Made by a program: the position numbers and the translations under genes. Below the pieces are notes generated by a model, which was given only the letters and a program-made list of their open reading frames with translations, was not told the DNA's origin and searched no databases. DNA of 64,000 nucleotides from Eledone cirrhosa. Lineage: Eukaryota. This document shows, one piece after another, positions 14,341-26,269 of the stretch (position 1 is the first letter of the stretch; every line of letters starts with the position of its first letter). Location: the NCBI GenBank assembly GCA_964016885.1, contig OZ024740.1:223138001-223202000 (forward strand). Reading direction: 5' to 3'.

Positions 14341-14914
14341 ATTAAACAATTCTGTTGATTGGTTAATTATTTGTGTTTGTTTTATAACATCTAGTTGAGA
14401 GCTTATGATGATTAGCGGAAATTAAAATATTTCCTTTGTCTAACATTTTGAATGACCCGCCAAAAACCGGGGGTTATTTCCCTTGATGGAATTAACACGT
14501 GACAGCTATAGATACGATACGCTGCTCTAGCAGCAACATTTAGCCTATCACCTCTGTTCTGGGTAGAATGAAAAGCCTGTTGAAAAACTGAATTCTCCGT
14601 TCGATCATGAATACCACGAGCTTGCCAGTCACGTAAGCCTCATATTTGATTTCGGATTCAAAGAAACACTTTAAACGTATAATCGTTTGATTTGTCCAGG
14701 TGTATTTTTCTTAACCTGTTAGTTCTATCTACTTTGGTATATTATTGTGTGTTAGATTTTGCCTACCACAATGTTCGATTTGTCAAGCTATTTAAACATA
14801 TGTTATTAGTCTAAGGACCTAACTTATCCAGTGCTTTGCTAACTCATCATTTAATATAAGTAGGCCGAATTTGCTTGCAAACCGCCAGAGATTCGATTTT
14901 ACTAAATTTCCAAT

Positions 14915-14948
<34 letters not shown>

Positions 14949-14949
14949 T

Positions 14950-15375
14950 TCATTAGTTGAGCAAAACAAGACCACAAATTTCACAAGGAAGACATTATTA
15001 AAAGATTGTCAACATATTTTACTTTGATGTAAGGAATGTAGAGAATAATAATAATACCTCTAACCCTTTTAAAGTACGCTATAACGGACACTCTTTTTCC
15101 TTCCGAGACCCTAGCAACAGATGTTCGACATCTCTAGCTAGGCTCATTAAAAACCTTAAATTAAGCAACATTGAACACTCACTAAAATGGGATATCGTAG
15201 CTAGGGCCCAACCGTTCAATGGACGAAGAAAGTCTTGTGATCTCTGTATTACTGAAGCATATTACTTAACTCTATCACGACCTCTACCGATTAACGATAG
15301 AACGGAGGTAATTATTAGCTGTCAACATCGAAGGGCTCATTCCTTCGCCAATAGAATATTTGACCCAGCATAGTC
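14950..15375 (+). mobile_element. PLE GIY-YIG endonuclease C-terminal fragment (Nematis-type) in a TA tract
   Basis: TSNPFKVRYNGHSFSF..STSLA..KWDIVARA.PF...CDLCITE...INDRTE.IISCQH, homologous to the end of ORF 35746-36729; flanked by (TA)n on both sides. Confidence 0.75.
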
Positions 15376-15622
15376 ATCTAGCCCCATTTTCACTTGTATA
15401 TATATATATATAGGAAAAGAGTCAGGGCCTCAACGGCTGAGCTGTGGACATTTCAACAGCTAGATCCAAACAGTTCGGATTTAGCTGTCAAAATAGCTGG
15501 AGTTCAGCCATCGGGTCAAGACTCTTATCCTATTACCCACTTCACCACCCTAAGTATCGAGTATTCTGGTGCGTTATGGTCCACCTGGTATCTTGCCACA
15601 CCTTCTTTGTTATATATATATA

Positions 15623-15697
15623 CAGAGTGTCCCAAAAATATATACACATATTTATTAATACAGTTGAAGTGTGTATACATTTTTGGGGGACACAATG
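15623..15697. mobile_element. About 75 bp Tc1/mariner-type MITE with TA target duplication
   Basis: TA|CAGAGTGTCCCAAAAATATATACAC ... GTGTATACATTTTTGGGGGACACAATG|TA imperfect terminal inverted repeats within a TA tract. Confidence 0.6.
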
Positions 15698-15698
15698 T

Positions 15699-15732
<34 letters not shown>

Positions 15733-15757
<25 letters not shown>

Positions 15758-18041
15758 CATACAGGAAGGTGCGGAAAAGAAAGGTCTGGAAGCTAAAATA
15801 CCTTTCACTAAAATATAAATTTAGGAAAGCCCTTCAAGATTTGTATGACGAAAAAGAAGACGATTTAGAGTCATATGACATAGATGATAGCTTGAACTTC
15901 TTACGTGACAACTTACTGCAGGCTGCTGAAGAAACTTGTGGCTGGAGCAGAGCTCCAACAAGACAGATAGTGACCTAGTGGTGGAACAGCACGGTAGATA
16001 GGGCCATTAGAGACAAAAGACTAGCATGAAACGCTTGGGAAAAGGGTGGGAGTAGAGAAGAATATACAGCTGCTAAGAGAGAAGCTAGACGTCAGGTGTA
16101 CTTAGCAAGCAGGGAGGCTGAGAGTAGGAGGTTTGGCAATGTTCTGCGATGGGAAGATAAGAGACTTACAGTGTTCCGCATTACAAGGCAGTGTGTCAGT
16201 GCAAATCAGGATGTTGTTGGAGATAAATGTGTCCGGAATGATACCGGTGTACTAAGTGTCACAAATGATCAGAAAAGAGAGGACTGGAAATGTCATTATG
16301 AGAGACTGATGAATGCGGAGAACGAATGGGAGAGAGAGATATTACCCCCAGCTATTGAGATTGACAAGTATAGGGTCCAAGAGGCAATTAAGGAAATGAA
16401 AAATGGTAAGGCTGCTGGACTGTCGGGGATAGTTGCTGAGATGCTGAATGCATCAGGGGATGTAGGCACTAAACTGGTTGCACGCATCATCACTGAGGCT
16501 ATGTATGACGGTGTCAAACCCAAACACAGGTGCAGCAGTATTCTCATAAATTGCTACAAAGGTAAAGGGGATGCTCTGCAAAGGAGCAATTATAGGGGCA
16601 TAAACTGATGGATCAGGTTACGAAAGTGGCAGAAAGTATATTAGCGCAACTAATTAGAGAACGGGTCAAACAAGATGAGATGCAGTTTGGTTTGGTGTCT
16701 AGGAAAAGTACAACAGATGTCCTCTTCTTAGTGAGATAACTACAAGAGAATTTCTTAGAGAAGAATAAGCCACTACACTTAGCTTTTGTTGACCTAGAGA
16801 ATGCCTTTGATAGGGTATTCCGATCTGTCATCTGGTAGACCCTAAGGAAACGAGGTGTTGAGGAATGGCTTGTGAGGAGAGTGCAAGCTGTGTACAGAGG
16901 TGCTGTCAGTAAAGTCAGGGTAGGAATGGAATTTAGTGAGAAATTCCATATACAAGTAGGAGTACATCAGGGCTCGGTCTTCAGCCCGCTCTTCTTCATT
17001 ATAGTCCTCCAAACCATAACAGAGGAGTTTAAGACTGGCTGTCCATGGGAACTTCTCTATGATGATGATGTGGTTCTTATAGCAGAATCAGTAGAGGTGC
17101 TAGAGAAATTCTGACTATGGAAACAGCAGTTGGAAGCAAGGGGACTGAGAGTGAACCTAGCTAAGACAAAAGGGTTGATGAGTAGAAAAGAGAACAACAC
17201 TCTGATTCCGTCAGGAAAATGGCCATGTTCGATATGCAGAAAAGGAACTGGCATAAATTCTATAAAATGTACACAATGCAGATCTTGGTTACACAAGAGA
17301 TGTAGTGGGATAGCAGGCAAACTAACAGGTAGGGAGAAATACGTATGCAGTTGATGTCCAGGGAAATTTGAGTAGAAGTCGCATTGATAAACACATTTTT
17401 CAAATGCAGGTATGTTCTATAGAAGTGGTTGATAGCTTCTGGTTCCTAGGTGATCAGATTAGCATGGGACGGGGTGGTTTCCGAGGCCATAGCATCTAGA
17501 ATAAGGACAGATTAGAAGAAGTTTAGGGAGCTGCTTCCTTTTTATGACGGAGAAGGGTTTCTCCCTGCGTACGAAAGGCTGGTTATATGATGCCTGTGTC
17601 AGGTGCACGATACTGTATGGTATTGAGACATGGGCAGCAACTGAAGAGGATATGCGATGGCTGGAGAGAAATGAGGCAAGCATGTTCCGTTGGATGTGCA
17701 ATGTCAATGTGCGTGAACAACATTGCGTGAACGACCGAGCATGGATGTGTTGAGAGAGAAACTGTGTTTAAGAGGGATAAGTTGTAGTGTGTGGGATAGA
17801 AGACTGCAATGGTATGGACATGTGATGTGCATGGAGGATGACTGCTGGGTAAAGAAGTGCCAAGAAATGCCAGTTGAAGGAAGTTGGGGTAGAGGGAACG
17901 AAAAGCATGAGCAGAGTTGGTGAGATCACACCTTAGATCGCTGAAGATGACAAAGGACTATGACAAGTGGAGAGATGCTGGGCTGAATAGGACCCATCCC
18001 ACTCTTGCAAACAGGGAAAAGCAGACGTAAAATGATGATGA

Positions 18042-18045
<4 letters not shown>
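15733..18045 (+). mobile_element. RTE LINE subfamily 1, 5'-truncated, pseudogenised
   Basis: ORF pieces: MKNGKAAG.SGI..EML, YKGKGDAL..SNYRGI, QFG, AFVDLE.AFD, VGVHQGSV.SP, ELLYDDD, PHD-like C4HC3, RRL.WYGHV. Ends CTTGCAAACAGGGAAAAGCAGACGTAAAA(TGA)n. Confidence 0.92.
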
Positions 18046-18107
<62 letters not shown>

Positions 18108-18125
18108 TCATCATCATTTTACGTC

Positions 18126-18934
18126 AGACAAATGAGGAAAAAATCAAAACCATCGATGAAGAGATCCTCCTGGAAATCAACAACAAAACTGAAGGCCCCA
18201 AGGTAGAGAAGATCTCCAAATTATGGAAAGGGGACTGCAACAGAGAAGAACTGAAATCCCTTCAACGCTGGGAAAAAAGTGCCGCTTGGTTCCTACACTA
18301 TGAATCGACTTTTCAAACGGATTACACCTCCAATAACCCGTTCATAAAAATAGGAAAACCCATAACTGAACCGCACAACAACTTCTCAAACCCCCAAGCC
18401 TCAAACAAACGAAGAAGGAAGCACCACACCGAAGATGAACTTCCCAACCTCGCTACCATAAGAAGGAACAAAAACCCAAGAAATCATCTCCCCCAGAATG
18501 ACATTTACAACTTTCCCCCTTCAAGGAGACACCATACCAAATCACTCAACTACTACGCGGATTCCTCATCGTCAAACATAGGGAAAAGATACCACCGCCA
18601 TGATAGATGCAACAACTTCCCCGCTTCAAGGGGACAGCAAGGTAATTACCATTTTCTCAACTCTCACTTCCACAATACACAACAAACCCACACCACACGA
18701 TACAACCAACAACGTAGGCCACTTATAACACCACAATACAACATGGCACATAGAAACACACACCCATACTTGCAGTACAGGAACATCCCATTCAATCTAC
18801 AACCACCAACCCGAACCACATTTTACAACAACAAGGAATATAACAAACACAGGAGACCACTTAACATCAGCAGACAACCCCTCTACCCCAACCATTTTTT
18901 AGACACAGCACACAGATACAGGCAAACAAAATAA
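18126..18934 (+). CDS. Upstream ORF of the PLE (5'-truncated; helical N-part, N/R/H/Q-rich C-part)
   Basis: About 270 stop-free codons after the TA tract, with the same compositional bias as the RT ORF. The first about 40 codons of the 309 aa track ORF are RTE tail plus microsatellite. Confidence 0.55.
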
Positions 18935-20637
18935 CACAAGACAGGGAGGAGAAACCGATAGTAATAACAATTATCAATCTTACTAGTGCAGAACCAACAC
19001 CCAACCTTATCAACTTACTCTCCAAAGGTCTTAAATTCACACCGACCCCACTACGTCCTAACTACTATGAAATGAAGGAAGACATCACAGACTTCTGTAG
19101 AAAGTTACGACTTAGTGAACAACTATTCGACCAGTACAATGAGGATGAATCATTAGCCAGAAATAGAAGCAATTACACCCCTTCAAACGGTAGAAATAAA
19201 ATCCTGGACGAATTCTGTGAACACATCACAAACTTCCCTTACCAACACTTGCACAGACAAAAACACAAGCCAAACCTCAGCAAGAAAGAATGGGAAGAAT
19301 TAAATAGATTAAAAACCGACAGAACCATTACAATTAAAGAGGCTGATAAAGGGAGTACAGTAGTCCTAATGGAGACAGAATTCTATATCAACTTAGCGCT
19401 CTCCACTTTGGAAAACGAAACATACTACGAAAAGGCTGAACACTACAATCAACAGAAAATTATGAGAAACCTAAAAACTCTAATCAACCAATACAAAGAA
19501 GGACTCACTAACAAGGAATTCAGCTTCATCACAGACTTCACAAGTAAATCCAGCCTTTTCTACGGTATCCCTAAAGTACATAAAAGCGAATCAATCAGTA
19601 AGGCATGCAAGGAAGCCACAGACATAGTCATCAATGTCCCCTCACCCAATGATCTCAAATTAAGACCTATAATAGCAGGCCCCGCTTGCGAAACGCACCG
19701 TCTTAGAAACTTCATTGATACCCTTCTCAAACCCTTCCTCAAGTACATCAAAAGCTATATAAGGGACGACCTAGATATACTCAATCACCTCCCTAATATG
19801 CCACTTTCTGAACAAACCCTACTAGTGACGTTCGATGTAGTCAACCTATACTCCAACATCCCCCACAACCTAGGAATAGAAGCTATCCAATTCTGGCTGG
19901 ATAATTTCCACAATGAACTCCCACAACGCATCAAAAAAGAATTCGTGATAGAGGGACTCAAATTTATCTTGGAGAACAATTACTTCGTTTTCAATAACAA
20001 ACTCTACAGGCAGAAATCTGGGACCGCTATGGGAACGAAAACAGCCCCTACTTATGCCAACCTAGTCATGGGATACCTGGAAATCACCCTCTACACTAAA
20101 GTCCTAAACAAATTTGGAAACACCCTCCACTTACACATTGAAAGGAACTGGAAGCGATATCTAGATGACTGCTTCATCCTTTGGCACGAAAACATCGAAA
20201 AACTTAAAGAATTTCACACCCTTATAAATGGGCTCAACACAAATATTAACTTCACGATGGAATACAGCCATCAACAACTCCCCTTCCTCGACATCCTCAT
20301 TAAGATCCATAACAAAAAAATAGAAACAGACATATACTACAATCCCACAGACTCCAAGCAATATCTCCCCTTCAACTCTTGCCACCCTAGACACGTTAAA
20401 ATTAATATTCCCTACAACTTAGCCAAGAGAATCTGTACTATAGTCTCCAATAAAAACATCTGCTACTTACGGCTACAAGAACTAAAGGACACACTCATAG
20501 GCAGGGACTACCCTGCATCACTAATTGACAATGGAATCCAACGTGCCCTAAAACTCAGTACCCAGGACCTTAGACACCCTAAAGTAAATCAACCAAAACT
20601 AAAAGCTCTTCCATACACACAACCCCCTCAACAATGA
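18865..20637 (+). CDS. PLE reverse transcriptase ORF (open from 18865, first ATG at 19072)
   Basis: The frame is open from a TAA at 18862-18864. The conserved IINLTS..LLSKGLKFTPTP motif lies upstream of the first Met, and the RT motifs are intact. Confidence 0.9.
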   Translation, partial: HQQTTPLPQPFFRHSTQIQANKITQDREEKPIVITIINLTSAEPTPNLINLLSKGLKFTPTPLRPNYYEMKEDITDFCRKLRLSEQLFDQYNEDESLARNRSNYTPSNGRNKILDEFCEHITNFPYQHLHRQKHKPNLSKKEWEELNRLKTDRTITIKEADKGSTVVLMETEFYINLALSTLENETYYEKAEHYNQQKIMRNLKTLINQYKEGLTNKEFSFITDFTSKSSLFYGIPKVHKSESISKACKEATDIVINVPSPNDLKLRPIIAGPACETHRLRNFIDTLLKPFLKYIKSYIRDDLDILNHLPNMPLSEQTLLVTFDVVNLYSNIPHNLGIEAIQFWLDNFHNELPQRIKKEFVIEGLKFILENNYFVFNNKLYRQKSGTAMGTKTAPTYANLVMGYLEITLYTKVLNKFGNTLHLHIERNWKRYLDDCFILWHENIEKLKEFHTLINGLNTNINFTMEYSHQQLPFLDILIKIHNKKIETDIYYNPTDSKQYLPFNSCHPRHVKINIPYNLAKRICTIVSNKNICYLRLQELKDTLIGRDYPASLIDNGIQRALKLSTQDLRHPKVNQPKLKALPYTQPPQQ

Positions 20638-21211
20638 GGCCTTTGACACCATCCTCCAGAACATCCCTGTATTGAAAAAGGACCATAGAATGAACCAAAT
20701 TTTACGAACACACGATATCATAAAGAGCAAAAGACAATCCAAGTCAATGAAAAACATTTTAACACATGCCAAAGTACTGCCAACCACAACAACGAAACCC
20801 ACAGTAAAAAAATGCGATAGACCCAACTGTGGCATTTGCATCAACCTAATAGAGGGTTCGGAATTCTATTTCAAAGATGGACAACGTTTTATAGTAACAC
20901 ACAATTTCACATGTGCATCGGAAAATCTAATATATGTATTAACTTGTTCAGGTTATCGAGAACAATACATAGGCCAGACCAAAATCAGCCTCCGCCAACG
21001 CATGACTGTCCATAGATCCCAAATTAAAATACGGGAATACAGGAAAATACCACTGAGTGAACACATTGACACCTGTGCCGCCCAAAATCATCCCAACTTC
21101 AGAATCTTTCCCCTCTACAAATTTAAAGATAATGCCACCCACACCCAGCGCATCAGCAAGGAATCTTACTTCATTAACAAATACGGACCCCGTCTAAACA
21201 CTTCTCCCTAA
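20618..21211 (+). CDS. PLE linker plus GIY-YIG endonuclease, separated from RT by an apparent small deletion near 20615
   Basis: LPY..HNP motif is split across frames (HNPLNNEAF.. continues in the 20672 frame); LIY..YIGQT GIY-YIG motif. Confidence 0.85.
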   Translation, partial: HNPLNNEAFDTILQNIPVLKKDHRMNQILRTHDIIKSKRQSKSMKNILTHAKVLPTTTTKPTVKKCDRPNCGICINLIEGSEFYFKDGQRFIVTHNFTCASENLIYVLTCSGYREQYIGQTKISLRQRMTVHRSQIKIREYRKIPLSEHIDTCAAQNHPNFRIFPLYKFKDNATHTQRISKESYFINKYGPRLNTSP

Positions 21212-21347
21212 GACGAACCCACAACATACACACGTCAACATACATACCTACATCAGCACACATCTCTACCCACATATAAACACAATGACACACGTAAACA
21301 CACATGCTCTATGGTGCAATACAAAAAAATATATGTGCATATATATG

Positions 21348-21384
<37 letters not shown>

Positions 21385-21727
21385 AATATGTGTATGTGTA
21401 TATATATATAGTGAATATCATTTCACACCTTTTATTGTTAAGATTTTTGATGTTCTATTAAGAGAACCGATTTTACTGAAAAAATCGAATAATGTACACC
21501 ATTTTACCAGGGGGAAAAAAATACTGGTCCACCCACACACACACACACACACATATATACACAAACACATACACACGCGTACATCAACATACAAAGAGAC
21601 TTATACACACACACACACACACACGCACTTCTCCGTATAAGACAAAAGCTGAAAAATATCTTTTGACATGCTAAAATACCCCCCACTGCTTTCAGACACA
21701 TTCTTACTGACCATCGAATTACTCTGT

Positions 21728-21774
<47 letters not shown>

Positions 21775-21886
21775 ATCTTAATAGCCATTTGACACACATC
21801 GCTGCTGGCCATTGTCGCAGCATCGAACACCTTACTACTACTACTACACACACACACACACACACATATACATACACACACACACA

Positions 21887-21918
<32 letters not shown>

Positions 21919-21947
21919 TATTTGTTGTGAAAGAGTCATTTCTCAAT

Positions 21948-22172
21948 CTTGGCGCAAAACCAATTTTTTATCCACATGACCTCTACCGACCAATCAAAAT
22001 TGTTTTGACCAAGAATTTTTGCTGGAGCCACTTTTTTAACATAAAAACAGTCTTGGCGCAAAATCAACTTTTTACATTCACATGACCTCTACCGACCAAT
22101 CAAAATTGTTTTGACCACAAGCATTTTTGCAACACAAAAATAACGCTGGAGCCTCTTTTTTAACATAAAAAC
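21948..22172. repeat. Two-copy tandem repeat of about 105-120 bp inside an unclassified interspersed repeat
   Basis: CTTGGCGCAAAA..CACATGACCTCTACCGACCAATCAAAATTGTTTTGACCA..GCTGGAGCC.CTTTTT.AACATAAAAACAG occurs twice. Confidence 0.85.
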
Positions 22173-23499
22173 AGGTAGAATTCCCAAAACTAATCAGATC
22201 AGAGCAAACAGCATTTAGAAATGCGCAACCGGTAAAAACTTAAAAACTTAAAACCACAACTGAATACTAACCCATACAATCACTAATACTCTTTTATTCC
22301 TAATTAAACCATTTTTCAACTGTGAACAATTTGTCAGCATTTTCTATTCCGTTTACCAATATATATATATATACACACACACACATACACACATATGTAT
22401 ATACAGATGCATACACACAGCTGCAAATGTGCGAAGGATAGATAAAAAATACCCTTCAGTTGTGTTGGTAGTTTATATGATAAAGGAACCCTGTATACTT
22501 TGTGAAGTGGTTGATAATAGGAAAGAGTCCAGCAATAAAAACCTACCAAACAAAGGGTGGGGAGAACATTTCATCTGTGTTGAAGACATGGCAACCCCCC
22601 TGTTGTTTGTACCATGATGAAATGCACCTGGTGCAGTTTTCAGAATGCAGGGACACAGGTAAGTGAAAAGCACACTCCCAGCCAATCTTAGAGGTCAGTA
22701 GCTTTGATAAAGTACTACCTTGCTATTTGGTGAGCAGTTCAACTCTTGCTAGCAGAGAAATGGATGTTAAATTATGATGATGATGATGTAAATATTAGCA
22801 TGGATGGGTTGAGACTTTTTGAAATAGTATTTTTCCACAGCTAGTTGCTTCTCCTGACACTAAACCATATTTAAAATGAAGTATAATATCTGTTCCTGAT
22901 GTTTGTCTGTCTGCTTTTCTACAGAGCATTGTCTTCATTTGCTTTTCTGAACAGTGTCAACATGATGATCTTCTTAACCACTACACACACATACATAGTA
23001 TGTGTTTCCTTTTAAATTACCATCAACCAAATTTCCTCTCAAGGCATTTGGCCAAGGTGCTATATATCTGAAAATTATTTAGAACCTTGAAGTCTCTCAT
23101 GTGTGAATGTTTCTTTTTAAACAAATGTTATTTTCACACCTCTATTTATTGGCGATAAATATTTGAAGAAAATGTTCTTAATCTCTACATTACTGTAATT
23201 ATATAAAATGAAAGAAACATATAGAATATATAGTACTATTTGACTTTTAATCACTATACAGTATAATTTTGTCTATTAGACCATGCTCTTTCTCTCATTT
23301 TCTCCACATTAATGGCATTTATAGTCCTTTCCTCTGCTTTCCTATACAGCCAGATCTGCCCTTCTTTATCTCTTCCCCCTCAATTTTTCATTACTTAATT
23401 TTGTTTTTATACTTCTTTAAAATGTCCATAATGGTATAACTTCTGTTTGTAAAATATAGTTGACATAATAAACCCATAGCTTTGAAATTTCTAACTTCA

Positions 23500-23880
23500 T
23501 TTGTAAAATAGCAAATTCCATATCTCCACAAATATCAAAATCGTAAGTTATGGACCATATAAATTTCATTAATATTGCTCAATATATATGGTGTTTGGTA
23601 ATACACCTTTTGTGTCAAACAGAATAAAAGGAAACAAAATTTAAACTCTATGCTCAACAGCAGTAACAACCGTACAAATTCAGAGAATATCTAATCAAGT
23701 TTTTTTTTAAGTCTGTTGCTAACTAACAACAATAACTTCACAATAAGAATTTTCCTGTCATGATTATCAAATGAGTGATGCAAGGCAAAACGTTAGAAAT
23801 GGTAGATATTAATGAAGTAATAGAAACAATTGCTGCAAAGAAAATCGATATGAAAGAGTGTATTCTTTAAGTACAGTAAA
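23500..23880 (+). pseudogene. Possible very decayed hAT transposase C-terminus
   Basis: Weak similarity only: VDINEVIETIAAKK resembles the D...I..FA..K.R end of the hAT dimerisation domain. Confidence 0.2.
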
Positions 23881-24223
23881 TTGGAAATGAAAAAATTAAT
23901 TGAGATATTTTAAATATGTATTCAAATTTGTATAATTTAAAACAATGGTTGGCAAAACTTTTCAAAAGTGGACTAGACTGGAAACGTTTTTGAAAACGTT
24001 TCCTATACAGCTATGGAATCAACTTGAAATTTATTTTAATTATTTTAGCATGCTTGTTTATAAAAGTTTAATCTGAATAAAATTAATACCTTTCACTGTT
24101 GATATACAGGATAATCAAAAGAGCAGGCATTTCTTAATACTCGTTATAATGAACTGTGCAAAACATGTATACACACTCTCTCTCTATGTATATATATATA
24201 CACACACATATAAGTATATATAC

Positions 24224-24254
<31 letters not shown>

Positions 24255-24255
24255 A

Positions 24256-24294
<39 letters not shown>

Positions 24295-24939
24295 ATTCAC
24301 CATCATCATCATATATGTAAACAGAGAGAGAAAGAGTAATGGGCAGAGCGAATCACAGATGAAGATAGATAAGACAATTATCTACTGTGGAGGCAAAGAA
24401 GATTTTCTTAACCATGTAGTTGACACAATGACCAATATTAATAGATGGATACAACTGATTTCAAAATTTCAGGCATCTAGCCCTATTTGTTGTTCAGGTG
24501 TATATGTGGTAAATAGACATTTTCAAACAGAATAGAATTAAAATTTACTTTTATTTATTTATTTTGCACAAAATGCTCTGGTAATATTTCAGCATTCAGA
24601 ATCAGACTAAATATATTTTTTTATATTCATTCATTATAATTTCTTTGCTGTCTAATTTGGTATGACATTTTCCTAATACACTAATTGCCAGAACCCTACC
24701 ACTATACAATTTATATATTTTATATAGAATTAATTTCCATATTAATAATTTCAATACATTTATATTTCAGCAAAATAATAACAATTTTAAAATTTTGTAT
24801 TCTTATATATCAATATTTTTTACAATCCTACCTTCATTCACAGAGAAACATTCTTGCTTACATATTACATATGAACTTTATATGTATATATATATATATA
24901 TACACTTACATATGTAAGTGTGTGTATATATATATGTTT

Positions 24940-25259
24940 ATACAACTGTGTATGTGTGTATATATATATATATACTTGTGTATGTGTGTATATATATACA
25001 CTTGTGTATGTGTGTATATATATACACTTGTGTATGTGTGTATATATATACACTTGTGTATGTGTGTATATATATATATACACTTGTGTATGTGTGTATA
25101 TATATATACTTGTGTATGTGTGTATATATATATATACACTTGTGTATGTGTGTATATATATATACTTGTGTATGTGTGTGTATATATATATATATACACT
25201 TGTGTATGTGTGTATATATATATACTTGTGTATGTGTGTATATATATATATACACTTGT

Positions 25260-25293
<34 letters not shown>

Positions 25294-25325
25294 ACACTTG
25301 TGTATGTGTGTATATATATATATAT
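24940..25325. repeat. Minisatellite, unit about 22-28 bp (CA)CTTGTGTATGTGTG(TA)n
   Basis: About 14 tandem units with a variable TA run; this explains the spurious ORFs at 24685-25452. Confidence 0.95.
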
Positions 25326-26269
25326 ACATAGAGTGAAAGGTAGAGTGAATCACAGATAGATAAAGATAGATAAGATGATTAACTAGGGGCTTTTTACAAT
25401 AATTTAAATTTAACAAAAGATCTCCTATTTTGAAATGACAAGGCATATTCATGTAAATGTATTTGAATAATTTTGACTTGAAAATTCACTCCTTAATGTT
25501 ATACCATTGAATAAAGACGCCGAATTGAATAGAACATTAAACGCAAAATTAATATTAACACTGGTGCTGATAGATAAAATCAATTATAACCATCATGCAG
25601 TCAGAAATCTAAAGATATCTATAAATATACATTACATATTTAAGCACTTGCTGGCTTTCTGCACAAATGTTGTTCTTATTGTCAAATATATATAAAAAAG
25701 CTGATAAAGTACTCTATCAGAACCCTGTTGTGTTGTTAAATAGGTAGTAGCAATCATTCCGTCTTGTTGCCATAGCAATTTGGAGACTTTTATGCAAACT
25801 AAGTCACCCTGGTGAGATAATCCCTTCAATACTGCCATTTCAAATATACACAATCAGAAAAATAATTTCATTTTAGCTCCCATGTGCTCTAACAATTTGG
25901 TAGCATATCACTTATGTACTGATTTGCTGTGATGTCTATATTAACGTATTAAATTTTTTATCTTATCATATTTGAAAAAAATCTTACTTAAAGATTTTAT
26001 TATTTTTTTCTATTTTATACTATTAAAATTCCAATTACTATTTTTCAAAATTTTAAATTATAATGTTACTCCTTTATTTATGTCAATGGCATTAGCTGAT
26101 GCTATGAGAGAAAGGGAAGAGAGCTTTATTTGTGACGATACAACACACTAGAAATAGCAACCAATTCTCTCTTAGATCACATTATACTGCATTAAAATGG
26201 AGGGTCACATTGAATGATGTAATCTTATTTAAACTGTAGAAGATCAAGCCACCTAGCTTTGACTTTGGA

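Larger units (their letters stand above)
18126..21310 (+). mobile_element. Penelope-like element, Neptune-type (upstream ORF plus RT plus GIY-YIG)
   Basis: LLSKGLKFTPTP, IKEADKG, LRPII, FDVVNLYSNIP, QKSGTAMG, RYLDD, LPFLD, SCHP; then CxxxxCxxC..FTC.SENLIYVLTC...YIGQT...RM..HRS.I..EH. A/C-rich coding strand. Confidence 0.92.

Noticed and set aside
20610-20637. RT/endonuclease frame break as programmed recoding
   Set aside because: No slippery heptamer is present and the LPY..THNP motif appears shortened, which fits a small deletion.
24940-25325. Regularly spaced repeats resembling a CRISPR array
   Set aside because: The spacers are only variable TA runs, there are no cas genes, and the context is eukaryotic.
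24685-25452. Long overlapping ORFs rich in Y/I/C/V/H/T
   Set aside because: Translations of a TA/TG minisatellite; the same applies to 21492-22085, 49101-49719 and 62947-63410.
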